Notes under the pieces: model-generated
What the model was told of the DNA's origin: nothing
Seen by the model: only the letters and a program-made list of their open reading frames with translations
Database searches by the model: none
Position numbers and translations under genes: made by a program
Assembly: GCA_964199315.1 (NCBI GenBank)
Contig: OZ116706.1
Location: 4,340,001-4,404,000 of the forward strand
Source of the DNA: Orbicella franksi
Lineage: Eukaryota
DNA length: 64,000 nt
Direction: 5' to 3'
Part shown: positions 1 to 11,311 of the stretch, one piece after another
Position numbering within the stretch: the first letter of the stretch is position 1
Layout: every line of letters starts with the position of its first letter

Positions 1-428
1 AGAGCTTTGTATGGAGTCGCCATGTTTGTGCCCCTCGGAGGGACACAAACATGCCGGCCGTAAAGTAACAGAAACATCTGTCATTGAGTTTTGCCATTGA
101 AACGAAAAGTTGTTACTCTAGAGCTCCGACACACTGAAATTAACATTTCCTATAGAGCAACAACTGTTTAGTTAGCAAAAACTTGGGCAATAACTCATCT
201 TTTGACCTACTCGAGAGTCTTATCGGGCCGCCATTTTAATGTCACACAACGCATAAACTTGGAAATTAAAACGTGCCCTATTTCAAAATGAGGAACCCTG
301 TCGAGCTTTTAAAACGCTGCAAAACGTCAAGTTATTAGAGGGCCTTACGTCTGATGAAACTTAAACTTCAGAAGGATTGGTAATTTCTTAGTTTGGAAAA
401 TGATGACGTCATATGAAAAGCGGCAATT
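1..428. repeat. Interspersed repeat fragment (MITE-like), truncated by window edge
   Basis: Hairpin CATGTTTGTG (21-30) / CACAAACATG (44-53); ends in a TGACGTCATATGAAAAG terminal-like motif. No coding signal. Family assignment is from pattern recognition only. Confidence 0.35.
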
Positions 429-490
429 AAGCGGCCAGTCCCTTTACGTGGCAACTATTCATTTCTCTGAGGGTGACAGTTTAATAGGAG

Positions 491-3400
491 TTAAAATGTA
501 TTAATAAGTGACCATCCTATTTGAAATACCATCATCAAAGCGAGCAGCAAAGTGGCAGAAAATTGGATGTCTGAAGATAAAGAAAACAAAAAGCTGTTAC
601 AAAATGGAACAAAAGATCAAAAGCAACATCATGCATCAGTAGCAAAACACTGAACAACAACAACAAAACCATCCCACGTATGCGGATCCTAAAGACATGG
701 TGTGCAGGTACATGTAATACCTTAGTTGAGACTTCTGACAGGATTGGACCAAGAAATTAGTTATGAATGTCCTGGGGGGGCAAAATAGAACTGGGATTTG
801 CCTGTTTATGAAATGGAAAAATCTGATTTGGGTCACCAGGACAAAGACACACATAAATGTCATGCTCAATAACTTTCCTAAAGTCATAGAGCAGCTTTTG
901 GCTCTTGTCCAATTCTTCCTTTCTTAAACTTATACGTTTGCAATGCCGTAGCGATTAATGGCCGCGCACTGTACTACCCTGCATTGCACTACAATATATC
1001 ATTTGCACCATACTGTACTCCACTGCACCGTACCGCGCCGCTTCGCACCCCACCTCCTGTAGAGCGCATTGCCAGTGCAGTGTAACGCTGCATTGCATTG
1101 CCTGTGCACTGCACTTCACTGTACGTCCTTTACAACGTAGTGCACTGAGCGTCCTGTACTTTCACTCCACTTACTAACCTCCTAATTCATTTACTAACCT
1201 GATTGGCCACCTTTTGCTTTGGGTTCTGATATTTCATGGAATCGCGTGGTAGTACCTGGTTCTGAGGTAGTGGTAACTGGTTTTTCTAGAATTGTACGAC
1301 AACAAAATATCAGGAATTTATGTCTCATTAATTATTATTATTTAAGTAAGGTTATTATAGTTCGGCTAACAATATTACATGTTAATTAGCTTGTGAGCTG
1401 GCTCATCGTGGGGAAAGAAGGTATGAAAAGAGTTGCCACTCGAAGAGCCTGCTCGCAGGCTATATCTATTAATTAATAGAAGAAGTGCATTGAAAGATAA
1501 TGTGGCAGTCTTTTGTTCCTGGTGTCAAAATATATAAGCAAAGTCTAAAATCACAGAATGGTGAACAAAAAGTTGTAATGTCTTCAGTACTGAGAAGATG
1601 AATTACAGTAAGACGACATGCGCTACTTTTATATGCTCTCTATAGCTTAAATTATAAATTCATACTTTTTTTACACCATTTCAGCCTCACTCAAAATATT
1701 GACCCTATTGCCCAGTTCTAGACCTGTAATGTACTTGCCATTTAATGCCCGCCCATGCCAAATGAAATGAAATGATCTGGCACAATGCCTTACAAAATAG
1801 ATTACCTTGCACAGATAACTTGATGTCAGCGTATTCTGGATCAATCATCCCCAAGAAAAATGCTTCAAGTAGGTAACGCCCAGCATCATGTAGCGTCACG
1901 TTTTTAATACGAAAGGCTACATACGTTTTGTTATAGTAGCGTAGAGAGAAACGCTGTTTGCACTCTTCCAGTAGAGCAGAGTCAATGACACATGAACCGT
2001 TTTTATTCTCTTGTTCTTTTCCAAGAGCGATGATGGTGGTATTTCCTTTCTGGATTCTGTACGCGGAAAAAGATTCATTTCGGTCCTGCACTGATCTTTT
2101 ATATAACAGGTCAAAAGTATCTGACACATACGCTGTTTCTGAAAAAAAGAAAAGAAAAAAGAGAGGGAGATTACATTTCTCTGAATGTCATGAAATTTAA
2201 AAACTTCTATAATGACTGGATTTATGAAAACGTGGTTAAAGAAAAGTGCGGTTTTTTACACAACTCCTAGAGACCCACGGATCACTCCAAGTGACTCAGA
2301 GAAAAGAGAGAGAGAACAGTACACAAACCACTCCAAACGATTGAAGAAAAGTGCGGTTTTTTACACACTCCTGGAGACCCACGGATCACTCCAAGTGACT
2401 CGGAAAAAAGAGAGAGAGAACAGTACACAAACCACTCCAAACGACCAAAAACTAAAAACGAAATGAAGAAGAGTGCAAAAGGAAGATAAGAGAGAGTGGA
2501 GGGATTTAATTTGGGATCTAATTTGGAGAAAAAAATAACGCTTGAGCAGGACGTGATTTCCTTCTTAGCGTTATCTGCAGTATTAAAATATTCTTTTCAT
2601 AAGTCTAGACAAATATTATACAAGCTTAACAGCAGAGATGTGTGACAGTCTCAAAGCAAAGAAAATAATATTTGGAGCGTTCGCCAGGGCAATATTTCCC
2701 ACCTTCACCATCATAAACAGGAATATCTTGAAAACATAATTTCTAAGAGTATTCAAATAAAAGCGTGCATCTCAAACAGGCCTGGCTGGTACTTGCACAC
2801 GGTCAACGCTTCCTCACGCAATAATAAAATTTCTGCTTTCTTTATCAAGGATACAATGTAGCAAAAACCTTGCGATAATAAAAGGCATAAGAATATATAT
2901 TGCCGTTTTATCTTACCATTTCGCATGTTCAAATTCTGATCTTGCCCGCTGTATGACGCGCCAATGCTGACCCTCGTAGAGTCTGTAAGCGGCTTTTGAT
3001 CTAAACGGCCAAACTCAACGTTAATTCCATATGTTGCTTGATCTTCAAAGGCAAAGCTTTTTAACTTAAATGCCAATTTGTTAATTGAGTGGCTCCAATC
3101 CATTTTGCTCTCGTATCCACTACGAACCTCAAACTTGCCACTGCTGTCCACTACAACAATTTTCTTTAATAGGAGTCTATCATCGATGGATTTCCGAATT
3201 CCAAAAGTTATTTCCTGCACTTCTCGGGCTTCCCAAGGACCATTTCGAATGCTTGCAGAATCGTTGTATGCGAAACCCCAGCTTAAGGTCACTTCTCCTA
3301 ATTTTGTAACCTTTACGAGGTCTGGGGGCCTGTCATCTGTTAACGATAAACTGGACTGGCATGAAGCTACAAGCGAATAAATCAATTAAACAAGTATGTT

Positions 3401-4689
3401 CAAAAAATACAGTGGAACCTCCATATAACAAAGTGCTAAGGCCCAGTTCAGACGTCGTGCTTCTGCCGTGCCGAACTAAATTCAGGAATTAAGTTCGACA
3501 AAAGCACGGCAGAAGCACGGCGTCTGAATCAAACTTTTTAATTAAGTTACGCAAGCAATTAAGTTCGACAAGCTCTCCCGTGCTACACGACTCTGGCACG
3601 GCAGCGATTCAAACGTCGTGCTTCTGCCGCGCTAAACAAAATTCATAAATTATATTAATGTATTTTGGCGAGATTGCGTTCCCACGGGGAATTAGTAGGA
3701 CAATTGTTACGAGGCATCAGTATATCCTGAATTTGGTTCGACTCTGGCACGACGTCTGAATCAGAGTTGTTTTCCTACTGTGCTAGAGTCGAACCTAATT
3801 GCAATTTAAATCGGTACGGCAGAAGCACGACGTCTGAACTGGGCCTAAGGGAGTGGCAAAATATTTTCGCATAACTATGTTTCGCATTACTATTGCTGGG
3901 GCCAAGAATATCGTTCGTGTACCGGGCACTTTGTCGTATGGAGGTTCGTTGAATCGAGGTTCCACTGTAAAAGAATGATTAAACAAACAAGAAAGCAAAT
4001 AATATGTGAAATAGGTACAATAATATAATCAGATTTCTAAAGCGCCAAACAGAAAAGGAAATAATAAATAGAACACAACAATAAAATATTTCTAAAGCGT
4101 CAAGAAAGAAAAAAACATTAATAATAGGTTAAATAGGAAAATGTCATATTTCTATAGTATTAGTTTCCATATGTAGTTCAAAGACAGATACATATAGAAT
4201 GATAAAAAAAAAACAATTAGGATAAGTAATCGTATGAATATGAGTGCAATTAAGGATTCACATTACGAGTGATATTTGAAATTCTCTCAAAATTGCACGA
4301 GCCTTTAGACGAGGGCAAATTCAAGAATTCAATTTACCGCTAAAGTTGAAAACTTGCTTGAACATCACGCTATGATGATACCCACGCGCGCAGTTAAACA
4401 TGGCAAGTGTTTATTTTGTCGATGTTTTTCGCTACCGGCTAAATAATCATGTTTGCCTTATAGGTTACAATCGTCGATATGTAAACCAAAACGTAGTGTG
4501 ATTCCGATAAATCTCAGTGTATTACTAAAGAAAATAAAGTCGGTGATAATTTGAAGTTCAGTTGCTCAGTTGAAGCACATTGCCGTCTGAACTGCCTCTT
4601 TGTCAAAAACACTTACCTCGCAGAAACCATGAGAATAGGTAAATAAAATTGATCAAGAAAGGTTTCCAGGATATCAACATCGCCATCAT
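491..4689 (-). CDS. Ig gene A: secreted/GPI-anchored two-Ig-domain protein (signal peptide, V-like Ig, V-like Ig, Thr-rich stalk, C-terminal hydrophobic GPI-like signal)
   Basis: Exons 4689-4617 (MMAMLISWKPFLINFIYLFSWFLR, leader), 3366-2917 (ASCQ...EITFG...TYGINVEF...PLTDS), 2138-1806 (ETAYVSD...FRIKNVTLHDAGRYLLEA...LSVQ), 1285-1199 (EKPVTTTSEPGTTT...KGGQS), 570-491 (DIQFSATLLLALMMVFQIGWSLINTF-stop). All junctions are GT-AG and phase 1, and internal exon lengths (450, 333, 87) are multiples of 3. Confidence 0.72.
960..1150. repeat. Degenerate pentamer repeat (CACTG/GCACT-like) in intron of Ig gene A
   Basis: Recurring gcact/cactg/tgcat/gtact units, e.g. gcactgcacttcactgtac. Confidence 0.55.
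1387..1462. mobile_element. 76-bp hairpin mini-element of the TAGCCTG...CAGGCTA type
   Basis: Left end TAGCTTGTGAGCTGGCTC versus right end GAGCCTGCTCGCAGGCTA (imperfect inverted repeat); no clear TSD. Confidence 0.5.
2236..2444. repeat. Tandem duplication, 2 x ~105 bp, intronic
   Basis: 2236-2340 and 2341-2444 are near-identical (AAGAAAAGTGCGGTTTTTTACAC...CCACTCCAAACGA). Confidence 0.9.
3410..3967. mobile_element. Tc1/mariner-pogo (Tigger-like) MITE carrying a nested Harbinger MITE
   Basis: TIR CAGTGGAACCTC ... GAGGTTCCACTG, flanked by TA (3408-3409, 3968-3969). Confidence 0.7.
3440..3845. mobile_element. PIF/Harbinger-type MITE nested in the pogo-like MITE
   Basis: About 30-bp TIR GGCCCAGTTCAGACGTCGTGCTTCTGCCGT / ACGGCAGAAGCACGACGTCTGAACTGGGCC with 3-bp TAA TSD (3437-3439, 3846-3848). 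Confidence 0.8.
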
Positions 4690-5175
4690 GGCTTCTTGAT
4701 ATTCACGGAGTTCCGGTGAATGTTTCCTAAATTATTTTATCTTTCCTAGAAAGCAGGAAGCCATTCGACCCCGGCATTCGACATCGAGTAAGCTTGTGTA
4801 CGCCTCATCAAACAGCAAAACAATACTTCATTTGAGGACCTTTGAGACTGACGCAACATTTGCATAACGCATCGACCGTGAAATCTATCCGTGACCCTTG
4901 AAAAACAATATAAATTTTTTCAATGATTTAGCACTCGTGGCTCCTTGTTGCCTGGTAAGATATTCCTGTGATTAGGCAGCAACGGGTCGGCCTTTAAGCC
5001 TTGTCTTAAATAATGAATTTAACAGAATATTTCCCGCGATTTGCTTTTATAATGCCCACGACAACGCCACCCGATAATCGCTTGTTTTCAAACAAGCCCA
5101 GCGGCACTGTTTCAACATATCGGCTAAGCCCTCTACATATAAGCGTATAAAGCAATGGTTGTAGTGCTTACTTAC

Positions 5176-5239
5176 CTTGGAACAGTGCAAAAACGCAAAT
5201 GAAAGCGTTGAAAACGAAGGTTTCCCGTCGATGAATCAT
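5176..5239 (-). CDS. Alternative (distal) signal-peptide first exon of Ig gene A
   Basis: ATG at 5239, MIHRRETFVFNAFICVFALFQ, 64 nt ending in phase-1 donor AG|GTAAGT; in frame with the 3366 acceptor. TGACGTCA (CRE-type palindrome) at 5317-5324 just upstream. Confidence 0.55.
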
Positions 5240-6789
5240 GGCCTTCACTGAGGAGTAAATCGAGCTAAAAATGTGCTGAGTAAGCGCGTCTTGTAATGAA
5301 TAGAATGACTGACGTTTGACGTCAATGATCAATTGTTTTAATTTCTACGAAAAGCAGGAGATACTCTGAGAACTGTCTGCATTTCTAGAACAGTGACACA
5401 AATCGTATTTTATCAGTACTGCTATGGATTGTAATTTAATAAGGGTAAGGCTTTTGCAAATTAAATTACAATAGGACTTCGTACTGGCTTCCAGCTAAAA
5501 TGCTTCGCATTCATGTTCCGCACCAAAATGTCCTCTCTCTACCCTCAAAGAGCTAAATAACTAATTAGAAATGTGTCGATAAAATTGACAGAAATGGTAA
5601 ATGTTTTTATTTCAGTGCACTTACTAACTTTATTCATTTTCAGATCTCAACGTGTAATAGACTCAAAAGAGAGTGAGCATAAACTTAAGCTTGAACTGAT
5701 TGAACTCAATTTGATACAAATTAAAACTCAACAAAATCAGCATAAAGAATACTATTATAGCAAGTAAGTAAGTAGAACCTTTATTTAATTGTCTATGTGT
5801 TTAGCCTAGATAGACTAATTGGGGACACTAGTAAAATAGCAACACTAATTAACTGACATACGGTACTTATAAAATTTGAATATTTACAGGCGTGACGCTG
5901 AATGATAAAAACGTAATGAGTATGAGTGATCCCATGTCAGCTTATGTACAAGATAAAATTGTAAAAATTAAACACGACTAAAACTTCTTGAGAGAGTTAA
6001 CCTGTTCCAAGCACTCGGTTAGTCGGTTAGAGCGTGAGAACTGAACGGCGAGAGAGAGAAAAGGAGAGAGAATGGATTATCTGCACTTCTTCCTCATTTG
6101 GTCTAGAATTGGCCATTTAAGAGTATGTTTGTCGCACGGTTGCTTCAGTGATATTTCATCCAAGTCTATACTTATTACCCTTTCAATCCTTCATTGAACA
6201 CCCTCACTCCTGTATCATTGAAGATTCGTTAACGCAACAGTATTTTATATACTTCTTGTTTGTGATATTGCCATATTAATAGAAGTGTCAGGGAAGGAAG
6301 CTTAATAGGCCCAGAAAAAATGTCAGACTTCACTCACTACCGAAATAATCTCCGAAATTTCTTTAAAAATGAATTTGGTCAATGGCATTTGGTTTTCAGG
6401 GTTCACTCGATCCCAAATAATTTCCGTAATGATTTGCGAGACTCCATGGCTTGTCACCAACTGACGATTCGATCGTTAGTTTTCAGGTGGGCAATCCAAT
6501 GGTATAGACGGGCTGCTGCTCCGAGCACCTCTGCTGCGAAATCAACTACAGTTGGATCATCTTCAATTGTCAGGGCCGTAGCCAGAAAAATTATGACTGA
6601 GGCAATGTTATTTGTTTTGATTTTTTATTTATTTTCTTGCAGTGTTCTACTTTCCCCCTTCAAAAAGAAAAGAACAAGAAACGACAAAAACAAAAGGAAA
6701 AAATTACTGCCTCAGTTTTCCCGTTACTAGGTCATGTCCTGATTGCCGGCTTTTAATATTGAAAGTTGAAATTTTAACTAGGCCTAAGG

Positions 6790-9700
6790 TTATATGGCTG
6801 CAGGAATGGAGTGTTTGCTTAGTGTTTTGGCATCAATCTGAGGCTCGTAAGGTATGCCTCTTTTGTGGCGTCTTCGATAGTGAAGAACGAGCACTGTCAG
6901 TGTTAGGACAATAACACATCCGGAAATTACCGCGATTGATATCAACGCAGGGCTGACGGATGGCTTTGATGGTGATGGCGTGCTGGGAACTGGAAAATAA
7001 AAAATCAGTTGTTAATCACTAACGGTAAGCCAAGCAATCTGCAGGGTGATAACAAGGACAACTAAGCTAATAATTTGTAACTTGATTAAATTATCATAAG
7101 GTCCAAGCAAGTTAACAGAATTCTAGCTCGTGATAGCAGTGCTGGGTGACCTCACAGAGGAAATCGTATACTGTCGAAATGTAATTAGGGAGGTCATTGG
7201 ATAGAAAACGATGAATTAAAAACCATTATGGGGGCAGCACCAGTTATATCGGTAGCAAAACAAAACCGGGCCCCCTCTTAGCTCAAGGTCTAGATCCACC
7301 GCTGGTCAAATGTAGTTTACCTGCTATTTGTGGTCGCTTACCGTTTTGGTCACCATTCCTCACGGTAACGTTTTCCTGTAGTGGACTGGTAGTTTTGGGT
7401 GGATCTGTTGAATTTGATTCAAATACTTGTTCAACATCGTTTTGTGGACTGAGAAAGTATTCAAATTTCTAGACTAGATGTAAATATGTTTAAAAGTAGA
7501 TGAGTAACCAGGATAAGACATTTGGAAAAATAGAAAAACGATCTCTGGTTAAAAATTTGTTTAAAACGAGCTTTCGACTACCAGTCTGTAGTCTTTAACG
7601 AGTAATAGATAGAAAGCGCGAACGTTAAAATATATACCGAGGAAAGTATGAAAAAACAAAATTATAATAAAAAACAATAGAAATGCTTGTGTGCGAGTAA
7701 AAATGCTAATGTGAGGTTCAAAATAAAATTCAATATTGTCTTGGTAATTCTTTCGCATTATTGTCAGCATGGTTCGTAATTGCTGTGTGCCAGGATTCCA
7801 GAGTTTTTCTAACACGGAAATTTCCCTTGTCAATCACGCGTGCACTGTCTAGATGTAAATAGTAGGAATGAGTGACTTTTTGACCAAATATTTTACCAGT
7901 AGAGTAGCAATTGTTTCAGTTGTTTGGTTTACATCATTTGTATTGAGTTGTAGTGGACAAGTTCGCATCCTTCTCACAATGAATCCATTTGAGTCTTAAA
8001 TTCACTATCTTCAAAGCACTTCTCCCTAAACAGGAATAAGGGAGTGGGGCTTTTTATTTTCTTATCCAATGCAACCACTCATTATTTTAGCAATTCCCTA
8101 CCGCAGGGCTTTCTGTGCATTAAACCAGTTTCTGTTGAAATTAATAAAACGTCCTGAGCGAAGTCAACACGTCTTTCCTTACAGACCTTACATTTAAACA
8201 ACAGGGGCACCAAATGACGGTTTTCTCTCAAATGCTTTGATTTTAGGCTGCAATATAAAATTGTTATCTCTACGATCATTCTAAGGGAACATGAGTCTTC
8301 TCGTATCAGATATTAGATATTATTGTCCATTTGTTGAAAACTCTAAGTGTTATTGCCTTTTCGAAAATCATAGCTGACCTTTCCTCGGTACCCAAAACGA
8401 TATCTTGGCCCCAACCAGAGGTCCAAACCTTCTATTTCTCCGGCGTTCTTTAAACGTTAATATGGGGGCTAATCGACTTCTAGTTCAGGGCTAATCGGCT
8501 ACGGGCTAATCGACTTGGGGGCTACAAAAGACCGGTAAATAACCCCCAAAACGACTTATCGGAGAGGTTTAAAGGTCTTCCGAACAGGTAATTAGGTACT
8601 TCTGAATTAAGTTACTTCCTATAATCCGGATGCCGTAAGTTTATCAGTGATTTCAACTGAGTATTTACCCTCTATACGGAGAATAACAGTATCCGTCAAG
8701 GGAGCTCGAGCTAACTCAAACTCAACATGAAGCCCGTAATGTTTTGAGTCCTCTTTGCTTAAGCTGCGAAGTGTGAATTCCACTTGCAGACGAGACATGT
8801 TAAAGTCGCAGCTGATTTTGTTTTCATAGTTCGGTCGCACCAGCACTTGGCCTCGTCTGTCGATAGCCATGAGTTTTTTCTTCAGGTATCCTGGAGAGCT
8901 CCAGAGCCCGAAGCTCAGTTCGTATATGCTCTCGTTCCATGTCTCTGTGGGTAGAAGCTCAAAAGCCCAGGCAAACGAAGCATTACCATTGCTTTTGCCA
9001 ATCAATGGATTGCTTGGGCGGGATACCAATCTCGGACTTCTTCGCTGGCATGATACTGACAAATATTGGATGGTTAGTCAACAAAGTATGTACCACAATG
9101 TAAACTGTGTTTTAAGGGCGTGATCAACTGTTTAAAATACGATAGAATAGAGAATACATGTCAAAATTGCTAATATGGGATTAAAACTCCAGGAGAGATC
9201 GAAACCGTGGGGCAATATTGTGCTACTCTGGGACAGTTATATACGATAAAGAATAGCCTAAGGAAAAAGATAACTGATAACTGTTGTAATCGCCTATATT
9301 TCAAAATAAATCCACTAGTTTCTTCGTTTTCCGCTGTTCCCGATTCCATATTCCAGGATTCATGAATTTTCGGCCAAGAGTTGTTATGATTACCTTCCTG
9401 GAAATCAGCCAATACTGACATCGTATCCCGGGACCTCGTCAACAACATTATTTGTTTTCGTCTTAGGTGATGCTTATAGCTTCTAATAATAGTCTTTCTC
9501 GGAAAAATAGGATGTTTTAACCAGGTGATCGACCATGTCAATTTCGCTGAAAGCATTATTCTGAGAATTGATCGCCGTTTTCGAAAACATTTCGCGGAAC
9601 TCCAAGCGAAAGAAACGTTCTTTGCTTGAAGCTAAGGCAAAACAACTATATTTTTCCGCTGCGATTCAACTCTAGTCGCTTAATAAAACATAACGTGTTT

Positions 9701-10351
9701 CATTTCTTTAGCAGGCCTTCTAGTAGAGGGCATAAATTAAGCCAGACTATAGATAAACAAAACGAACACAATACATGCTAATTTCTCGCCAGAATATTCG
9801 CGTTCCCAATCGTCGATGCGTTGGCCGGCTCGTGATTCATGTGAACCTCTTTCGCTTTCTTCAGTAGCTTGGTGATAATTCGAGAACTTCGAATATAGGA
9901 ATCTCGCTTTGATGAGAAATATACAAGCTGTGGCGAGCGAAGGCTTGTTACTTTCAGTTTCGATTCACTCCCTCAGTCCAAGGACATTGTATAGTATAAA
10001 CCCGAAAAATATATTCCACTTACATACTCTCTGGCCCTTAGTAGTTCCAAACAACATTTTTATGTGTCCAGATAATTTTTAGGACCTTTGGTTTGTTTTC
10101 CCTTGGGATTTTAGTAATTTCCATCGTGGCCGCGAGCATCTATATACTTCCGGGTTTTTCTCTGTTTCCCTTGATTTTGACAGTTAAGTGCATTTCCTCC
10201 ATTATAAGGCGAGGCAAATTGATCGCAAAAACCATTCGAATATTAAGCAGAGTGTAATATTGCTAAACTTACCTGTGACGTACATAGTGACAACAAGGCA
10301 GAGTAAAATCTTCGACGATTTGCCTGTGAACTGTGATTCATATCTCCCCAT
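6790..10351 (-). CDS. Ig gene B: type I membrane protein, single V-like Ig domain, TM helix, short cytoplasmic tail
   Basis: Leader 10351-10273 (MGRYESQFTGKSSKILLCLVVTMYVT, AG|GTAAGT), Ig exon 9055-8669 (387 nt, phase 1-1), terminal exon 6989-6790 (VPSTPSPSKPSVSPA-LISIAVISGCVIVLTLTVLVL-HYRRRHKRGIPYEPQIDAKTLSKHSIPAAI-stop). Possible extra stalk exons 7994-7897 and 7468-7342 keep the frame but have weaker acceptors. Confidence 0.68.
7487..7848 (-). mobile_element. 5'-truncated Penelope-like retroelement fragment (end of GIY-YIG endonuclease plus 3' tail)
   Basis: Minus strand reads SARVIDKGNFRVRKTLESWHTAITNHADNNAKELPRQY-stop, resembling PLE GIY-YIG C-termini; flanked by a 13-bp direct repeat CTAGATGTAAATA (7474-7486, 7849-7861). 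Confidence 0.68.
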
Positions 10352-11299
10352 TTTTGTTGTCGTAAACGTGGGCGAATGCTTTTGATTGCTTATAAACAGA
10401 GGTCCGTTGAGTTACTTGCACATATGTCTTTGAGACAAATGCTGAACATGTAATTTTCCTTTAATTTAAGGACTGCCTCTAAAGCAATCGTTTCCGAGAA
10501 AAACGGTCTACACTGTGAATTTGATCAGAATTTATTCGCTACATTTTTTGGCCTATCACATAACAGAAGTTAGCCAACCAATAGGAGCGTCAGTTGAGAA
10601 TCGACTGTATAGCTACCATAATTATTTGTTCAAACGAAAGGTTGCTAAAAATAATTCATAGCTGTAACATGATGATAACTGTTGTTTCAGTACTGAGTCA
10701 GACAATTCCCTTCCGACGAAATCGTCTGATACCGGTTTACATCATTTGTTTTAATACGAATCCTGCCGAACCACCCGTCACTGGTGAAATAATGTTTTCT
10801 TTTCAGTCCAACACATGTACACGTGCAAAACATGTGAGCCCTTGAAAACAATATGTATATATATGAGGCTTGCCAGTAATATATTACTTTTTCAGTGTGA
10901 GGTCCCACTGAAGACTCACTAATTTATATTTATGATTATAACACGTCTTCAACAATGTAGTTAGGGAAAACAACCCATCGTGAAACACTTTGATCAATAA
11001 AATTCACCTCATAGGACATCCGCCTGTTGGCGTAAGCTTACAACAATTTCCTCATTGGTTTATTTTAAGAGCATGGCACACCTAAAGCACCTTTGCCCAT
11101 CGTGTGCTTGACGTCAGGTACTCAACTAATAACTCATAAGCATGCTATTTTATATACCATGTACTATTTAACTACACCGTAGATATTCCAGTGTACCTCA
11201 CCTCACTACAAACCAGCTATATAAAGCGGCATTCACGGAACATGATACAGTAAAGTACCAGACAATACCACAGCCCATTCAGTTCCCAATTTAGCTAGT

Positions 11300-11311
11300 G
11301 AAAATGAAACT
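11300..11311. promoter_or_regulatory. ISRE/IRF-like motif in the divergent promoter region
   Basis: GAAAATGAAACT matches GAAANNGAAACT. Motif match only. Confidence 0.22.

Noticed and set aside
636-887. 83-aa minus-strand ORF ending in CCCCSVFCY
   Set aside because: Lies in the last intron of gene A; the Cys run comes from a (TTG)n microsatellite; no domain signal.
2236-2444. Repeat pair as a possible CRISPR-like or coding repeat
   Set aside because: Only two adjacent copies with no spacers, in an intron of a eukaryotic gene; no splice-compatible frame found.
6320-6730. 136-aa plus-strand ORF
   Set aside because: No recognisable motif, sits downstream and antisense of gene B, no supporting exon structure.
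7560-7600. Hammerhead-like hairpin (GACTAC/GTAGTC-GAAAGCTC) in the Penelope fragment
   Set aside because: The CUGAUGA core has decayed to GTTAAAG; treated only as support for the PLE call.
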